Part shown: positions 1 to 9,128 of the stretch, in pieces
How positions within the stretch are numbered: the stretch's first letter is position 1
How the letters are laid out: every line of letters begins with the position of its first letter
Source of the DNA: a virus
Lineage: Duplodnaviria > Heunggongvirae > Uroviricota > Caudoviricetes
Direction: 5' to 3' (one strand)
IMG/VR virus record: IMGVR_UViG_3300042348_001285
Length of the DNA: 64,000 nt
Made by a program: the position numbers and the translations under genes
The notes under the pieces: generated by a model
Seen by the model: only the letters and a program-made list of their open reading frames with translations
Database searches by the model: none
What the model was told of the DNA's origin: nothing

Positions 1-401
1 GCTTGTTCTGTTAGGTTTTGTGGGTCGTAAAGGGTATCACTCAAGATGGCATAGTGGTATTGGCCATTACTTAGTATGACATTTACTCTGGACCCTACCA
101 AGTCCGGGGGCTGCTTACCGACAAATGCAGGAGAAGCGTCAATCCAATGTGAATATGAATTTCCTTTACCGTCCCTTGGACCCGAAAATAAACCGGCCCC
201 TTCAACCTCAGGTATATCATCCGGGTTCATAGCATCAAATAGTACCCTAACCCTACCGAGATTCTCAGGGTCATCGACATCGACTATTTTCCCCCTAACC
301 ATCCCCCTAGGTAAACCAGCATACTTAGCATTGGATTCTGCAAATAGCATCAACCTGGCTAAATTGTGAGTTAGCGGTATACAACTGAGACTTTGTGCCA
401 T
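1..401 (-). CDS. Baseplate spike/hub protein (gpV/gp5-like OB-fold N-terminus), runs off the window edge
   Basis: Not in the ORF track. Manual translation from ATG at 401 (overlaps the TAA of the upstream gene): MAQSLSC...RGMVRGKIVDVDDPENLGRVRVLFDAM. The G.V.D..DPE.LGRVRV motif is typical of gpV/gp5/VgrG OB domains. Confidence 0.65.
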   Translation of the reverse strand, partial: MAQSLSCIPLTHNLARLMLFAESNAKYAGLPRGMVRGKIVDVDDPENLGRVRVLFDAMNPDDIPEVEGAGLFSGPRDGKGNSYSHWIDASPAFVGKQPPDLVGSRVNVILSNGQYHYAILSDTLYDPQNLTEQ

Positions 402-748
402 TACTTATGCGCTGAGAATCTAGGGGTATTTCTAAGTTGGGTGCGCTTTGGTTGGGGTTTGACTATCTTTTGTTCCCCTTGAGCTACTTGTGCCACTTGT
501 GTGTCACTAATCGGAAATTGAGTTAATTCATTTTTGTCTAACTCTGCAGTTTCCTCAGGCACTTTTGGTTTAGAGAGGGCTTTAAGAATTGGGCTTAGTT
601 GCTTGGGGCTTACTTCCAAAATTGGTTCAGGGGTTTCGGGGGTTTCGGGGCTCCCAAAGTTCCCAAGGCTCCCAAGGCTCTCAGCGCCCTCGGCGCTATC
701 GGGAGTCAAATCCTGAGTCTCATCCAAGTTTTTTCTTTTGGTGGTCAT
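401..748 (-). CDS. Hypothetical protein (acidic/Pro-rich)
   Basis: 115-aa ORF in the structural operon, preceded by a GGGTAAAAA motif. Confidence 0.5.
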   Translation of the reverse strand: MTTKRKNLDETQDLTPDSAEGAESLGSLGNFGSPETPETPEPILEVSPKQLSPILKALSKPKVPEETAELDKNELTQFPISDTQVAQVAQGEQKIVKPQPKRTQLRNTPRFSAHK

Positions 749-801
749 AATAATTTGTTTGTATGATAGATTTTTACCCTGACTTTATTGTTACAGATCA
801 A

Positions 802-3696
802 TTATGGGCAATCCGGGCACGGGGTCAAATAGAGGGAAGTTCTTTGCGTACATTTTTTCCAAGATGTAGGATTAAATGGATCGAAGAAAGTTTCATCAGC
901 GGCCGACAAATCCGCAGCAAAATACGCATAGCCGACCTTATAGTGGTTGGCGTCTACTCTGTAAGATTCTTCGTTTATGACACAAGTAGTTGGAATTTTA
1001 TAGATACTGGAATCCCAGAGTGGGGCGTCTACTCTTTCGATAATTGAATCTTCCAAGTCATTAGCTAAGTGGCCAGATAGTCTTCCGCATTCATCCGCTC
1101 TGTAGTAATCCCCTTCCCAATCCCCATAGACTTTATCTAATGTGGCTTCAGTGGTCGCTCTACGGTCGTGGAGGGGGGCATATTCCACTATTTTGGACCC
1201 TGAGAAATCATCAAAATCAATATCCGCACCCGGCAATATGGCAGCATTTAGGTAGTCCTCTTCCAGACCTAGGCCGTACCGTACATTGGAATATAAGTAA
1301 GATTCAGAATACAGATAAGTGGGACTCGATGGCTCTAGACCGTATAGAAACACATCGTCGTAAATCCTTGGTTGCTCTTGCTGAGGGGGACACTCCATGT
1401 CTTCTGGAGATAAAGGAGACCCCCATAAGCCAAAATCTTGGCAAATCAGGTTTACTTTTTGCCACTCTGGCCCGTTCCTTTGGTAGGCCGGTGGTAGCCT
1501 TAGGAAATAATTCTCCCAGTTTTCATCACCTACTCCTGAGTTTAAATCAGCCACGAGGGCATTGTCATACATATCCAACTCTGGTACGGAATTGACCACA
1601 TACAGGGGCTTCGTCTTCCAGATTCTCAAAGAAGTAGAAGCGTCCATTACGTTGGGGGACATGTAGATTTGTAACCCACTGAATACCAAGTTGGAGATGT
1701 CGTGTCTAAATGTATAAGTCAGCGAATCCGTTATTATTACTGTCGGGAGTTTAACTTTTCCCTCGAAAGTCATTGTGTTGTAGGAAAAATTAAAAGTCCC
1801 ATTTAGGCTGTCAACTGTAAAAACTATTTGGAAATCCTCAGTTTGATACGGAATGGATGGCTCTAGTGGTACATCGTTACAAAATACCTTAACAGCATCA
1901 AAATTGACAGCTGATGATGGGGCAGCAGGGGTGAAACTATTGATGTCTACCCAGTCTCCTTGTAGTTCCCATTGGGTGCCCACCAACTCCCACCGGTTAT
2001 AATAGAAGATAGATGCCCCCCTTACCTGTGGGTCGGGGTTACTGTAATCCCAAGATAATTCCCCATCTTGTAGCTCATCGCCAAAGAGACGGGTATCCCC
2101 GATGTACTTTAATTTGGACGGGGGTGAAATATACCATGGACTCCTCGGCTGATTATCCCACCTTGATAAGATCAGGGGGTAAGGGCCCCCCAGGTTTGCC
2201 AATAGGTTGGCAACCACATAGCTACTAGTGGATGGACTAAGAGATGCCGAATTTTCTAGTTTGATAATTACCCTTGCAGGTAAAATGGGGGCGTCTATGG
2301 AAAAGTTTGTCTCATCAGGGTATATTACAGACTGCAGCTGCCAGTGCCCCTCATCAGATGGTTTGAACATGTCGATTTGGCAAGTACCAGATATGGCCCC
2401 AGACAGACCTATAACTCCATCAGCTTCTGATAGCCCAGTAGCGTCTAAGATCCTAACGACTGCCCCGACTGTAATTGGGTCCATATAGCTAGAGAAACTA
2501 TTATAATCAGGGAATAGGAAATCAGGGATTAAGGGGAAATTACCATCCTCAGGGTACTCTATCTCCACCCATGGGCCACAGTTGAAGCCGCCCCCGTCGT
2601 AAACCGAAAATGATCCTGTCTGGCTATTCCACCAGATTTGATTTTGTTTTGGAGACGGGGCAGTAGGGCTTACTGTTGCCTTCTGGTAGTAAATGAAATT
2701 TAAAATGTCATTAAATGGTATCTTTCTTTCCACTGGCGCCGAATACAGGGAGTTTCTCTCATCGAAACCATGTAAGCTAAGGCTATCAAATACGAAATTA
2801 AATGGTAAAAATCCTCCCTTATTCCCCCAGACCCCCGTAAAATTATCTAAGACGGATTTGCAATTCCAGTCGCTATTGAATGACCAAGGTAGTACCAAGA
2901 AAGTTGAGCTATACTCATAATACTTTAATAGGGCATTAATTCCAAGACCTTCTAATTTTAGATTTAGGGGGATGTCCAGGAACCACGACTTTGTTTCAAA
3001 ACTATAGGTTGGATCTATAGTAACTTCTTCAGAAATGATGAGCTGTACGGGTTTATCAAAGTATAGTCTGGACCCCACATAAAATATGTTGAATACATAC
3101 GGTAAAGAGTATTGGTTATCAAAATCTGGGTGGAGGACTATGGAACCAGTCTCATTTACTAAGCTAACCAAAAATGAAGCATCAGCAGAGATGCCAGGGG
3201 TTGGCCTATAGAATGGGGCTGGCCGAGTACTTTCTATATTAATTTTAATTTGGCTACCGATAGAATAATCAAGTATGAATTGATCATTGAACTCGCTAAT
3301 AAACAACGATAAAGATTGGTTATTTTTTTGGACATCCTTTATTTCGTATGAATAATCACCCAATGTCAAAATTTGACCGATTTGAATTCTGTTATCAGAT
3401 TCAACTACAATGGAGCCTTCCCAGTTCCTAATTTCTTTGACGACAGGGAATACAGAGCTATTGTAAACACCGAAAGTACCACCCAAGAGTTGTCGTTTTT
3501 GGTCTATGTTTGAAACAAGACTAAACCAGTATTCATCACCGCTCCAACCCAATAGTTGGGCCAACCAATCTAATTGGTTACTAACTCTGGTTCCAACTTG
3601 TTGGACAGATGCAGCTTGACTATCTGATAGGAATGGGTTGGAATACCCATAGAGTTCATAGTCGCCTATGTTAAAATTTGGGGAAATTTTGGTCAT
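802..3696 (-). CDS. Large putative virion (baseplate/tail) protein
   Basis: 964-aa ORF tightly coupled to baseplate genes. Contains a SPTAPSPKQNQIWWNSQTG segment of the kind seen in cyanophage tail proteins. No firm family call. Confidence 0.5.
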   Translation of the reverse strand: MTKISPNFNIGDYELYGYSNPFLSDSQAASVQQVGTRVSNQLDWLAQLLGWSGDEYWFSLVSNIDQKRQLLGGTFGVYNSSVFPVVKEIRNWEGSIVVESDNRIQIGQILTLGDYSYEIKDVQKNNQSLSLFISEFNDQFILDYSIGSQIKINIESTRPAPFYRPTPGISADASFLVSLVNETGSIVLHPDFDNQYSLPYVFNIFYVGSRLYFDKPVQLIISEEVTIDPTYSFETKSWFLDIPLNLKLEGLGINALLKYYEYSSTFLVLPWSFNSDWNCKSVLDNFTGVWGNKGGFLPFNFVFDSLSLHGFDERNSLYSAPVERKIPFNDILNFIYYQKATVSPTAPSPKQNQIWWNSQTGSFSVYDGGGFNCGPWVEIEYPEDGNFPLIPDFLFPDYNSFSSYMDPITVGAVVRILDATGLSEADGVIGLSGAISGTCQIDMFKPSDEGHWQLQSVIYPDETNFSIDAPILPARVIIKLENSASLSPSTSSYVVANLLANLGGPYPLILSRWDNQPRSPWYISPPSKLKYIGDTRLFGDELQDGELSWDYSNPDPQVRGASIFYYNRWELVGTQWELQGDWVDINSFTPAAPSSAVNFDAVKVFCNDVPLEPSIPYQTEDFQIVFTVDSLNGTFNFSYNTMTFEGKVKLPTVIITDSLTYTFRHDISNLVFSGLQIYMSPNVMDASTSLRIWKTKPLYVVNSVPELDMYDNALVADLNSGVGDENWENYFLRLPPAYQRNGPEWQKVNLICQDFGLWGSPLSPEDMECPPQQEQPRIYDDVFLYGLEPSSPTYLYSESYLYSNVRYGLGLEEDYLNAAILPGADIDFDDFSGSKIVEYAPLHDRRATTEATLDKVYGDWEGDYYRADECGRLSGHLANDLEDSIIERVDAPLWDSSIYKIPTTCVINEESYRVDANHYKVGYAYFAADLSAADETFFDPFNPTSWKKCTQRTSLYLTPCPDCP

Positions 3697-3697
3697 T

Positions 3698-4993
3698 TTA
3701 TTCTACAATGATTAAATCATCAGATAGTGCTAAGTATTCTTGATTCATGCAAGTATCAGGGGTCATCCACAGGGTCGAATAATTATCCACTTGCTCGTAT
3801 AGGTTAATCAAGTTGTCATCCCATGGCCTTGTAAGCCATTCTGCAATGGGTTGGTAATCTGCATTTACTGATTCTCTGATGTCAAAAATTTTCTTTACTT
3901 CATAACTCGGGGAAATATCAACTTGAGCAAGTTTACAGTAAGTAATCGGAACTTCTTCTCCCGCACTATTAATTACTGTAGATGGCAGACTACCCAGTGG
4001 GTGAGCAACAAGAGATACTTCTGATTTACCCGTAGACGGTTTCCTCAGGAGGGAGATAGTCCCTGAAACAGAAACAGACTGTATGGAAATTTCGGGGTCA
4101 GACCACTCGATCTTCCAACCAGTATTAAAGGTAGGTATTGCAATTTGAAACGTAAAGAATTGACCTATACTATCCCTACTAACTTCCACTGTTTCCACAA
4201 AAATCCAATCTGGATTAGGGCAGTATGGGCTATTAGGGTCCGGTTGTCCAGGGTTATCAGGATCTTCGTTAAAACAGTTGGTTATAGATAGAGTGGCGCT
4301 ACCCGTAATTACAGTGTCAGGTGGACAACGGAAAGTTATCTCAGAAAAAGAAGCCGCCCTGGGGAATTGCCAGTATAGGTACGGCGCCCCAGAATAATAT
4401 GGAAATACTCCATCGTAATTTCTCCATTCTAAGGTCGTATCATCGCAAAAAGCATATTTAGGTGCGAACCTCCACCCTACCTCAGAATCTGTGCCACTGA
4501 CGACATTCATTTCGTGACCAGATAGGGAATAATTCTCTACAGAGTACAAAGCATAGAAAGGGGAATCGTCATAGGTCAATCTATAAGCTATCAAATATTG
4601 GGAATCAGCCATCCCTACCAGTTCTAAATTTATAATGACTGGGCCTATGGAAAGATTACCGTGCTCCCAAACTACGGTTCCAGGCTTGATGACTAAAAAT
4701 TTATCACCTCCTGATGCAACAACTTCCAGGGAATTAGGGCCAAACGGACTTTCCCCAGGCGGTAGATACACATAAGCAGACTTCCTATCTAGTCCAAAGT
4801 CAATATAGTATCGTTCTGATGCAGCAGGTAACCTACCATAAATAGGTCTACCACCTGGTACCCATTCAGTGGGTGTCTCAAACAGGTTATTAGCCTCTTG
4901 AAACTGAACGGACAATATAGTACCAAATGTAGGATTAGAAGATGTTTGAATTTCCCCCCTGCCTCCATTTAAAGGCGTGATAATCTGGCTCAT
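3698..4993 (-). CDS. Putative baseplate/tail protein
   Basis: 431-aa ORF overlapping the baseplate J stop. A central beta-rich segment (LYWQFPRAASFSEITFR...GWKIEW) resembles a discoidin-like domain. Confidence 0.45.
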   Translation of the reverse strand: MSQIITPLNGGRGEIQTSSNPTFGTILSVQFQEANNLFETPTEWVPGGRPIYGRLPAASERYYIDFGLDRKSAYVYLPPGESPFGPNSLEVVASGGDKFLVIKPGTVVWEHGNLSIGPVIINLELVGMADSQYLIAYRLTYDDSPFYALYSVENYSLSGHEMNVVSGTDSEVGWRFAPKYAFCDDTTLEWRNYDGVFPYYSGAPYLYWQFPRAASFSEITFRCPPDTVITGSATLSITNCFNEDPDNPGQPDPNSPYCPNPDWIFVETVEVSRDSIGQFFTFQIAIPTFNTGWKIEWSDPEISIQSVSVSGTISLLRKPSTGKSEVSLVAHPLGSLPSTVINSAGEEVPITYCKLAQVDISPSYEVKKIFDIRESVNADYQPIAEWLTRPWDDNLINLYEQVDNYSTLWMTPDTCMNQEYLALSDDLIIVE

Positions 4994-7900
4994 AGACTTA
5001 AGGTTCCTTCTTTATAGTCAGGCGGTTGGTAGGGGAAAGTAGTCCCAGTATACCAAGAGAGTTGGGGAACATCTGTATTGGAACTGGGGTTCTCCCATAC
5101 ATAAGTGATTTCCTGGTTAGAGTTGGTAAATCTCCCCGTATTACGTGGCACTAATGTTATTTGAGCTACGCCTAATTTAATCGAGGAGGTCTCCAGTCCA
5201 AATTGAGAGATAATTTCCTCTTCACACCGGTAAAAAGAGACGTACCTCAGTAGGTTATCGGCAAATTCTTCGTATCTGGCCGTATTGGTGACTGTCATGT
5301 TTGTCCAGTTGGTCACCGTTGTTTGAGGTGTGAATGCTCTCATTACCCTATAGATATTCCTACCATCTTCTGCTATAAGGGTGTCCTCTGCGTATTTGAC
5401 ATACTCCGGATTAAAATATGGGACGTATGCCCGGGGGTCAAATTCGTTTGTTCCAGCTTCTGAGGAGTCTATGAAAATACCATTTTTGTAGTAAATTGAA
5501 AAGTCAAATAAGGGGCTTACGCTAGATGTGGCAGTATAGGATTTTACCGAATTACCATTTCTAAAGTAGGTTCTGTCCCCCCTATAGAAGGTAAACATCC
5601 TGACAAATGTATTTATTTCCGTCAGCCGGGGGTAAAGAGAGGTTATTTGGATTTGGAAGCCACTACCAGTACCGCCCAAGTAACTATTATCTATAGTCAG
5701 GACATCGCCAATTGAGTACCCCCTTCCAAAATCAGATAACTCGTAGGAAATAATTGTATTCCCTGAGACTACCAAGTTAATAGATCCGTTGACCCCAACC
5801 CCATTGATTGGGTTGCTATATATTAAAGGTAGGTTAGTATAGGTACCGTTTCGGTAACCTGACCCCCCGTTTACCAAGTTGGTCGTCTTTATTCTGCCAG
5901 ATACGCTATTATTTACTAGGTCGTCTAATTGCGACCTTAGCTCGAATGAAGGTGCAAGGTTGATCACTGAGCCATCATTGATTAAGTCCTGAATAGATGA
6001 GCTGCTTGGTGTGAAGTACTTGGCGGCAATACAATAGGTAGGGGTCCCACCTGAAACTTCCCTGTATTCTAAATACTGCCCACATTTGAATCTAGGTTTG
6101 TATTTGTAAATGGGTAGCCCGCCATTGCCATCTAGTACGGACACTTCTCTTATAATGCCTTGCTTTATTAACTCGCTAAAGTAATCTACGGTTAGTGCCC
6201 CATTGGGTCCGTAAGTAAAAGGTGCAATTACATAGGCGTACTTATTGACAGCCCCTTTCGTTACGTCCACATAGTTATAATGGGGGTCAGAAACAGCATC
6301 CGGACCGCTCCCAACCTGTGGTGTATAAACCCAAGTTCCTGCTAAGTAGGACTGACCTTCAACTAGTTGATTGTAATTATTCGGCAAGCTAGAATTTAAA
6401 GCTGGTCCTATTTTATTTTCAGTCTGGGCCCCGGTAATGTCATTAGTAGAAGGGAATAAGATAAAATTCTGAGCTACCAGCCAAGCTAATCTTCCGACAG
6501 TAGTGGTAGGTAGGAACTCACCGTCTGAGTAGTCATACTCAACGATTTCTGGGTCTATTGTTGTCCCCAGTGAATATTGGTAAGAGTTATTTACGACCCA
6601 TGCAGAATAAGTCTTTGCTGAAGAAATTTTTCCAGCTACAAAAGCACTGGGGATATCTGCTGAAGATCCAATCACTATATTTTCAAGGACTACGAATAAT
6701 TGATTATTGAAGAACACAATGTCCCCCAAACTGTATCTACCGGCAGTGAGTAACTTTATTTGCTTTAAAGCAAGATTACCGTACACAGTTTGGTCGAATT
6801 TGTTCGTTGAATAGGGGCTATACGCTACTTCTACTGGGTAGTATGATGGGTTAGGGTTATTAACTACAATGAGATCATCACTGTTTAAAATGGTATTTAC
6901 GGGTTCAAAATCATATACATTAGTATAAATAGCAGCGTCTTTACTCAGAAGGACAGGGGTATTGTAAGCTGCGGAGTAGTTAATTTGAGGGTCTTTGAAC
7001 CTGCTGATAGAATCAAAAGTATTATAAAAAGCGGCATCAACATCACTTACGGCTGGGTTCGTATCAGTTGGGAAAACATTTCCAGGGGTCAATACTGTGG
7101 AGAGCCTATCCCTAAAATTCAAAGTTACAGGCTGATAATTAGACCCATAGATACCATTGGCATCAACTTCAAGAGTGATGTTATATTGAGTTTGACTTAG
7201 AGTAATGGGGTACAAGTGGGCTTGATTTTCAATAGGGATCGAAAAGTTAATTACATTCTGACCCCTTCTTATTTGGTCATCTGTTAATTCTATACCATTG
7301 GGCCCAAGCACAAAGAAAGAAACTTGTCCATTGGGCTTCGTAAAATCAGACAGATAATTATAGCCTAATCTACTACTTCTATTGGGTTGAACAGAAGTCA
7401 GAGTCCCTAAACCAAACATATCTATGAAGAAGTTCTCCCAGTCTGCCTGGCTAACGGGATTCCTGCGTCTGATTAGGGAGAAAAACCTTTCTTGGACTTG
7501 AGCATATGTTTCTACATCACTGCCTCCTACCGCAGGTTCTGGGTTAGTTGCTACGGTGCTAGCTTCCCCGAGGTCCGGGGGGCCGGTAATTGAATTAGCC
7601 GGGACATTATAGATGTTACCTACAAATTTAGAATAGACAGGGATTTCAACTTCGGTCTTACCGGCAGGTATTGTAACGCTGTACGAGCTTATATATTCAA
7701 ATCCTTGGCCGCCGGATAATTGGGGGTTGGATGTAAATACAGACCCGGATGGTACCGACAAGTCTGAATTTCTTGGTGCTATTGACAACCTAACCAAAGC
7801 TGTAGCAGGGGTACCTAGTCTCCTTAGGGCGCCTAAAAATGGGCCTATCCATTCGATGAGAATCTTGTTTGGTAGTTGATTAGCCCAAAATAAAAATTCA

Positions 7901-8070
7901 CCTTGAGAAAAAGCCTGCCCCTCTAAAAGAACCGCAAGGGGATTCCCTGCACTGAAGTCATTGAGGGTTTTGTTAGACGCCTCGTATACTTTTTGCGCTG
8001 CATCTTGAACTAATTGTGCCTCGTTCCTTGGGTCTATTGAAACCGAGGGGAGGGGAGCATATCTTGGCAT
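4990..8070 (-). CDS. Baseplate J-like wedge protein with long C-terminal extension
   Basis: The N-terminal ~330 aa carry baseplate-J hallmarks (LNDFSAGNPL..LLEG, AVGGSDVET...ERF, RNPVSQADWE). The C-terminal part has a cyanophage-type GGSGY.NGTY repeat module. Confidence 0.8.
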   Translation of the reverse strand: MPRYAPLPSVSIDPRNEAQLVQDAAQKVYEASNKTLNDFSAGNPLAVLLEGQAFSQGEFLFWANQLPNKILIEWIGPFLGALRRLGTPATALVRLSIAPRNSDLSVPSGSVFTSNPQLSGGQGFEYISSYSVTIPAGKTEVEIPVYSKFVGNIYNVPANSITGPPDLGEASTVATNPEPAVGGSDVETYAQVQERFFSLIRRRNPVSQADWENFFIDMFGLGTLTSVQPNRSSRLGYNYLSDFTKPNGQVSFFVLGPNGIELTDDQIRRGQNVINFSIPIENQAHLYPITLSQTQYNITLEVDANGIYGSNYQPVTLNFRDRLSTVLTPGNVFPTDTNPAVSDVDAAFYNTFDSISRFKDPQINYSAAYNTPVLLSKDAAIYTNVYDFEPVNTILNSDDLIVVNNPNPSYYPVEVAYSPYSTNKFDQTVYGNLALKQIKLLTAGRYSLGDIVFFNNQLFVVLENIVIGSSADIPSAFVAGKISSAKTYSAWVVNNSYQYSLGTTIDPEIVEYDYSDGEFLPTTTVGRLAWLVAQNFILFPSTNDITGAQTENKIGPALNSSLPNNYNQLVEGQSYLAGTWVYTPQVGSGPDAVSDPHYNYVDVTKGAVNKYAYVIAPFTYGPNGALTVDYFSELIKQGIIREVSVLDGNGGLPIYKYKPRFKCGQYLEYREVSGGTPTYCIAAKYFTPSSSSIQDLINDGSVINLAPSFELRSQLDDLVNNSVSGRIKTTNLVNGGSGYRNGTYTNLPLIYSNPINGVGVNGSINLVVSGNTIISYELSDFGRGYSIGDVLTIDNSYLGGTGSGFQIQITSLYPRLTEINTFVRMFTFYRGDRTYFRNGNSVKSYTATSSVSPLFDFSIYYKNGIFIDSSEAGTNEFDPRAYVPYFNPEYVKYAEDTLIAEDGRNIYRVMRAFTPQTTVTNWTNMTVTNTARYEEFADNLLRYVSFYRCEEEIISQFGLETSSIKLGVAQITLVPRNTGRFTNSNQEITYVWENPSSNTDVPQLSWYTGTTFPYQPPDYKEGTLSL

Positions 8071-8082
8071 TTAATCCTCTAA

Positions 8083-8574
8083 TCAGTATTCGCCGTTGTC
8101 AATAACAGAACCGCCAGCCATCTCAGCTAATATTTTTTTAGTAATCAAATCAGCATCATCCAATGACCCGAACTTTTGAGCTACTGACGGGGTAGGTGTC
8201 CCATTAGCGTAATTATATTTATTGTTTGTCGTATAACTTCTAGGGGCATTTTCTTTGATATTTTCAGGGTTGACATTATTATTATTTTCATCTAACAAAG
8301 TAGGGAAACCAAACCACCATTTACCTAGGGTAACTTTATTGCCGGTGATAGGGGCTCCAGAAATGAATTCATTTAAGCTAGATAGCGTAGGCTGGTTGGT
8401 ACCTAAAGTCATGTACCGATTATCCAATCCATTCGGACCAGCCGTAACCAGGGAGTTCAATCCGAGGGGGTCATAGTGCCAATCTAAATCTTGGCCATCG
8501 AAAAATATTTGTTTTGCTCCGTTCAACCATGCACTGGTTACAATGACAGCGGAACTGTAAGTTGTCTTTGCCAT
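8083..8574 (-). CDS. Hypothetical virion protein
   Basis: 163-aa ORF between tail tube and baseplate J, with a GGGTAAAAC motif upstream. Confidence 0.5.
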   Translation of the reverse strand: MAKTTYSSAVIVTSAWLNGAKQIFFDGQDLDWHYDPLGLNSLVTAGPNGLDNRYMTLGTNQPTLSSLNEFISGAPITGNKVTLGKWWFGFPTLLDENNNNVNPENIKENAPRSYTTNNKYNYANGTPTPSVAQKFGSLDDADLITKKILAEMAGGSVIDNGEY

Positions 8575-8616
8575 TATCCGTTGGTAATCCTGTTATGTAT
8601 GTTTTACCCTGCCTAC

Positions 8617-8638
8617 AAAAAAGCCCCCTTTCGGGGGC
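8617..8638 (-). terminator. Rho-independent terminator after the capsid/tail tube transcript
   Basis: Minus strand GCCCCC-GAAA-GGGGGC followed by TTTTTT. Confidence 0.85.
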
Positions 8639-8656
8639 AATTATTGAACCACAAAA

Positions 8657-9100
8657 TCAAGTTCTGTCCCAAATATTGACGGTCAGTTCCACTTCAATTT
8701 CCTGGACGTTTCCGCTGTCGCGATCAACGTTGGCAGTAGTGATTGATAGGAATTTACAACCGTAGCAGGTGTACGCGCCACCGGCTGGAGCAGATCCTGT
8801 ACCAGTACAGTCCCTAGGGGTTACTGTAACGGTAACATCTTGACAATTGTAGTTTAACCAGAAGTTCTCTAATTGCTTGAAGATCGTAGGATCATACGGA
8901 GCAGTAAGAGTAACATTATCTGCAGTTCGTGGGCCAACGACATGGTACTTTCGGTTTCCAGTGCCATTGGCGTATTCGCTCTTTTCGGAAGAATCTTTGA
9001 TACCACTGAATTTTGTGAAAACAGCGATTAAAGACACCCCGTTGGGAGCTACGAACGATACCTCGTATTGCGACTTTGTTAAAGGTCTGAGAATTGCCAT
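8657..9100 (-). CDS. Tail tube protein
   Basis: 147 aa with a contractile-tail tube signature (FTKFSGIKDSSEKSEY, DNVTLT, ANVDRDSGNVQEIEVELTV). GAGGTG RBS upstream. Confidence 0.75.
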   Translation of the reverse strand: MAILRPLTKSQYEVSFVAPNGVSLIAVFTKFSGIKDSSEKSEYANGTGNRKYHVVGPRTADNVTLTAPYDPTIFKQLENFWLNYNCQDVTVTVTPRDCTGTGSAPAGGAYTCYGCKFLSITTANVDRDSGNVQEIEVELTVNIWDRT

Positions 9101-9128
9101 GGGATCACCTCTTTATTTCCTATCCTTA